This document shows positions 62,250 to 64,000 of a stretch of 64,000 nt of DNA, piece after piece. Source of the stretch: Lama glama. Lineage: Eukaryota. How positions within the stretch are numbered: the stretch's first letter is position 1; each line of letters starts with the position of its first letter. The notes beneath the pieces are model-generated. The model worked only from the letters and a program-made list of their open reading frames with translations. It was not told the origin of the DNA and did no database searches. Location: NCBI GenBank assembly GCA_028534125.1, contig CM052816.1, positions 67,210,001-67,274,000 on the forward strand, read 5' to 3'. The position numbers and the translations under genes are program-made.

Positions 62250-63930
62250 TTATAATAAAAAACTGAATTCCCCTGTCCCACCACTTTCTACCACCAATTT
62301 CTTCTCCTCAGAGGCAACTAATCATTCTTTTCTATGTTTGTTTTGGTTTTCATCTCCTTATTTTTAAATAACATATTTATATAGCTATTTCCTGGTGTTT
62401 CAGATGTAGATGGTATCTGTGTCTTCCTATTATGGAAGAGGAAGATTTAGCGCTCTTGATGCCTCTACCCACTCACAAATTCCCTGTTTCCCAAAATCCA
62501 GTATAATTATATCATTAACTATCATAGAATCATTATTCAACATTTACAGTACCATCTCAGTATCATCTACATTTTCACATACATGCAATTTTAGAGTTAC
62601 TAACCTCTTTTCTTTGTTTAGTTACTATTCTATGTCCCTATCCCCAAAATCCCTACCAAAGCCATAAATCTTTTCTTAATGCATTCAAGAACATTAGGAA
62701 TTCTGTGAGTTTCATCATTTCCTTTGTAACACCTTTCTGGAGTCTTCCATCCTCTCTGGGTTTGTTTTACAGCTACTGTATCTGAATCTCCCTTCACATC
62801 ATCCTGGAAATTTCTTTGGCTTATTTCGAGATCCGAGTTCCTTATTATCTGTGTCCCATATTTTCCTCTCTCCTGAAATATCCTCTAGTTTTCCATGAGC
62901 ACATATGCTAGTATTAACTAAGAAGAGGTGAGTGGGAGATAAAATTTTGAGAACTTACATGTCTGAAAAGCTTTATTATTTTGTCAGATTAATTATGAGA
63001 TTGGCTGGGTATGAAACTCCAGCTTGGACATTGTTTTCCCTCAGAAGTCCTCATTTTCCTATTGAGAAGACCAATGACACTCCAATTTTCATTTCTTGGT
63101 GATCTATTGGGGTTTTTTCCTACTTAAAACTTTTACGACATTTTCTCTATACCAGTATTTTAAAATCTGACAATGATAGGAGCTGTGATGTGGGTTCTCT
63201 CATCTATTTGTAACTTTAAGATTTCAGTCTAAAAGTTTGTATCTTTCAGTTCTGAAAACACATTTTTTTCCTTGCTGGGGGAAAAAAGTTGGATTTTGCA
63301 CCTGTCAGATTAATCCTTTCATTTTTAAAAAATTTCTTTTCTCCTATTTTTCTGCCTCTTTATCAATTTTGCTATACTTTCTGGGAGACTTCCTCAACTT
63401 TATCTTCCAATTTTGCTACTGAAATTTTTATTTGTGCAATCTTGTTTTTAAATTCTAAGAGCTCTTTTTGGTTCTCTATTTTTATGCCATTCTGTTCTTG
63501 CTTTATAGATGCAATATCAATATCATCTTTTATCTCTCTGAAGATATTATAGTTTTACTTTTTTTAGACCTTTCTTTCTTCTGTTTCTTGCATTTTCTTG
63601 GCTTCTTTTGTGGTCCTCTTGTTCCCATTGTCTCTTTGGGGTCTGTCTTTCATATTGGAAGCTATAACCAAATGGCTGGTATTCTTGGCCATCACTCACA
63701 TTGTAAGAGGGAGGCAATAAAGAGGTGACTGGAAGCTCCTCGTGTTTAAAGTAATAGCCTTCACTATGAGGTGATTTGAGAGACCCTCCCTCACTGATAG
63801 TATCTTGGGCTCATTCACCCTCCACCCTCCTACCCAGGTGATTCAGAACTGGCTTGAGGCCTGCTTTGGAAGGAAGTCGGGAAAAGAGGCTGAGAATCTC
63901 TCCCTGCACTACACAAATGTTTACTTAATA
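62250..63930 (-). mobile_element. HAL1/old L1M-type element
   Basis: Long T-rich antisense body (TTGGCTGGGTATGAAACTCCAG; TTCTGGGAGACTTCCTCAACTTTATCTTCCAA) with a block shared with 90-420. Confidence 0.65.
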
Positions 63931-64000
63931 ATACAAATTAGCTAAGACGCAGTTGGCACAAAGAAAAATTGTTGGTATAACGCGTAAGTCACACTAATTC

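Overview
Non-coding, AT-rich placental-mammal DNA made mostly of interspersed repeats: L1, HAL1, L2, L3/CR1, MIR, ERVL/MaLR and ERV1 LTRs, and hAT and Tc1/mariner DNA-transposon relics. The youngest L1 3' ends look cetartiodactyl. I saw no Alu, B1/B2, Bov-A2/Bov-tA, CHR, PRE-1, Can-SINE or ERE SINEs, so a camelid origin is plausible (inference only). No host protein-coding exon, tRNA or rRNA gene is supported; the ORF track consists of chance ORFs and decayed L1, L2 and ERVL frames. Two stretches stand out from the CpG-depleted background. (1) An orphan CpG island at about 17.17-18.09 kb carries a 60-bp tandem duplication of an E2F module and a consensus minus-strand splice donor. (2) A structurally intact, CpG-rich 441-bp solo LTR at 30739-31179 has TGTCAGC...GCTGACA ends, a perfect 5-bp TSD, a duplicated enhancer module, a TATA box and a polyA signal, and sits inside an old L2. 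Repeat family names come from my recall of consensus sequences, not from a database search, and boundaries without a TSD are approximate. I found no evidence for a novel multi-gene system.
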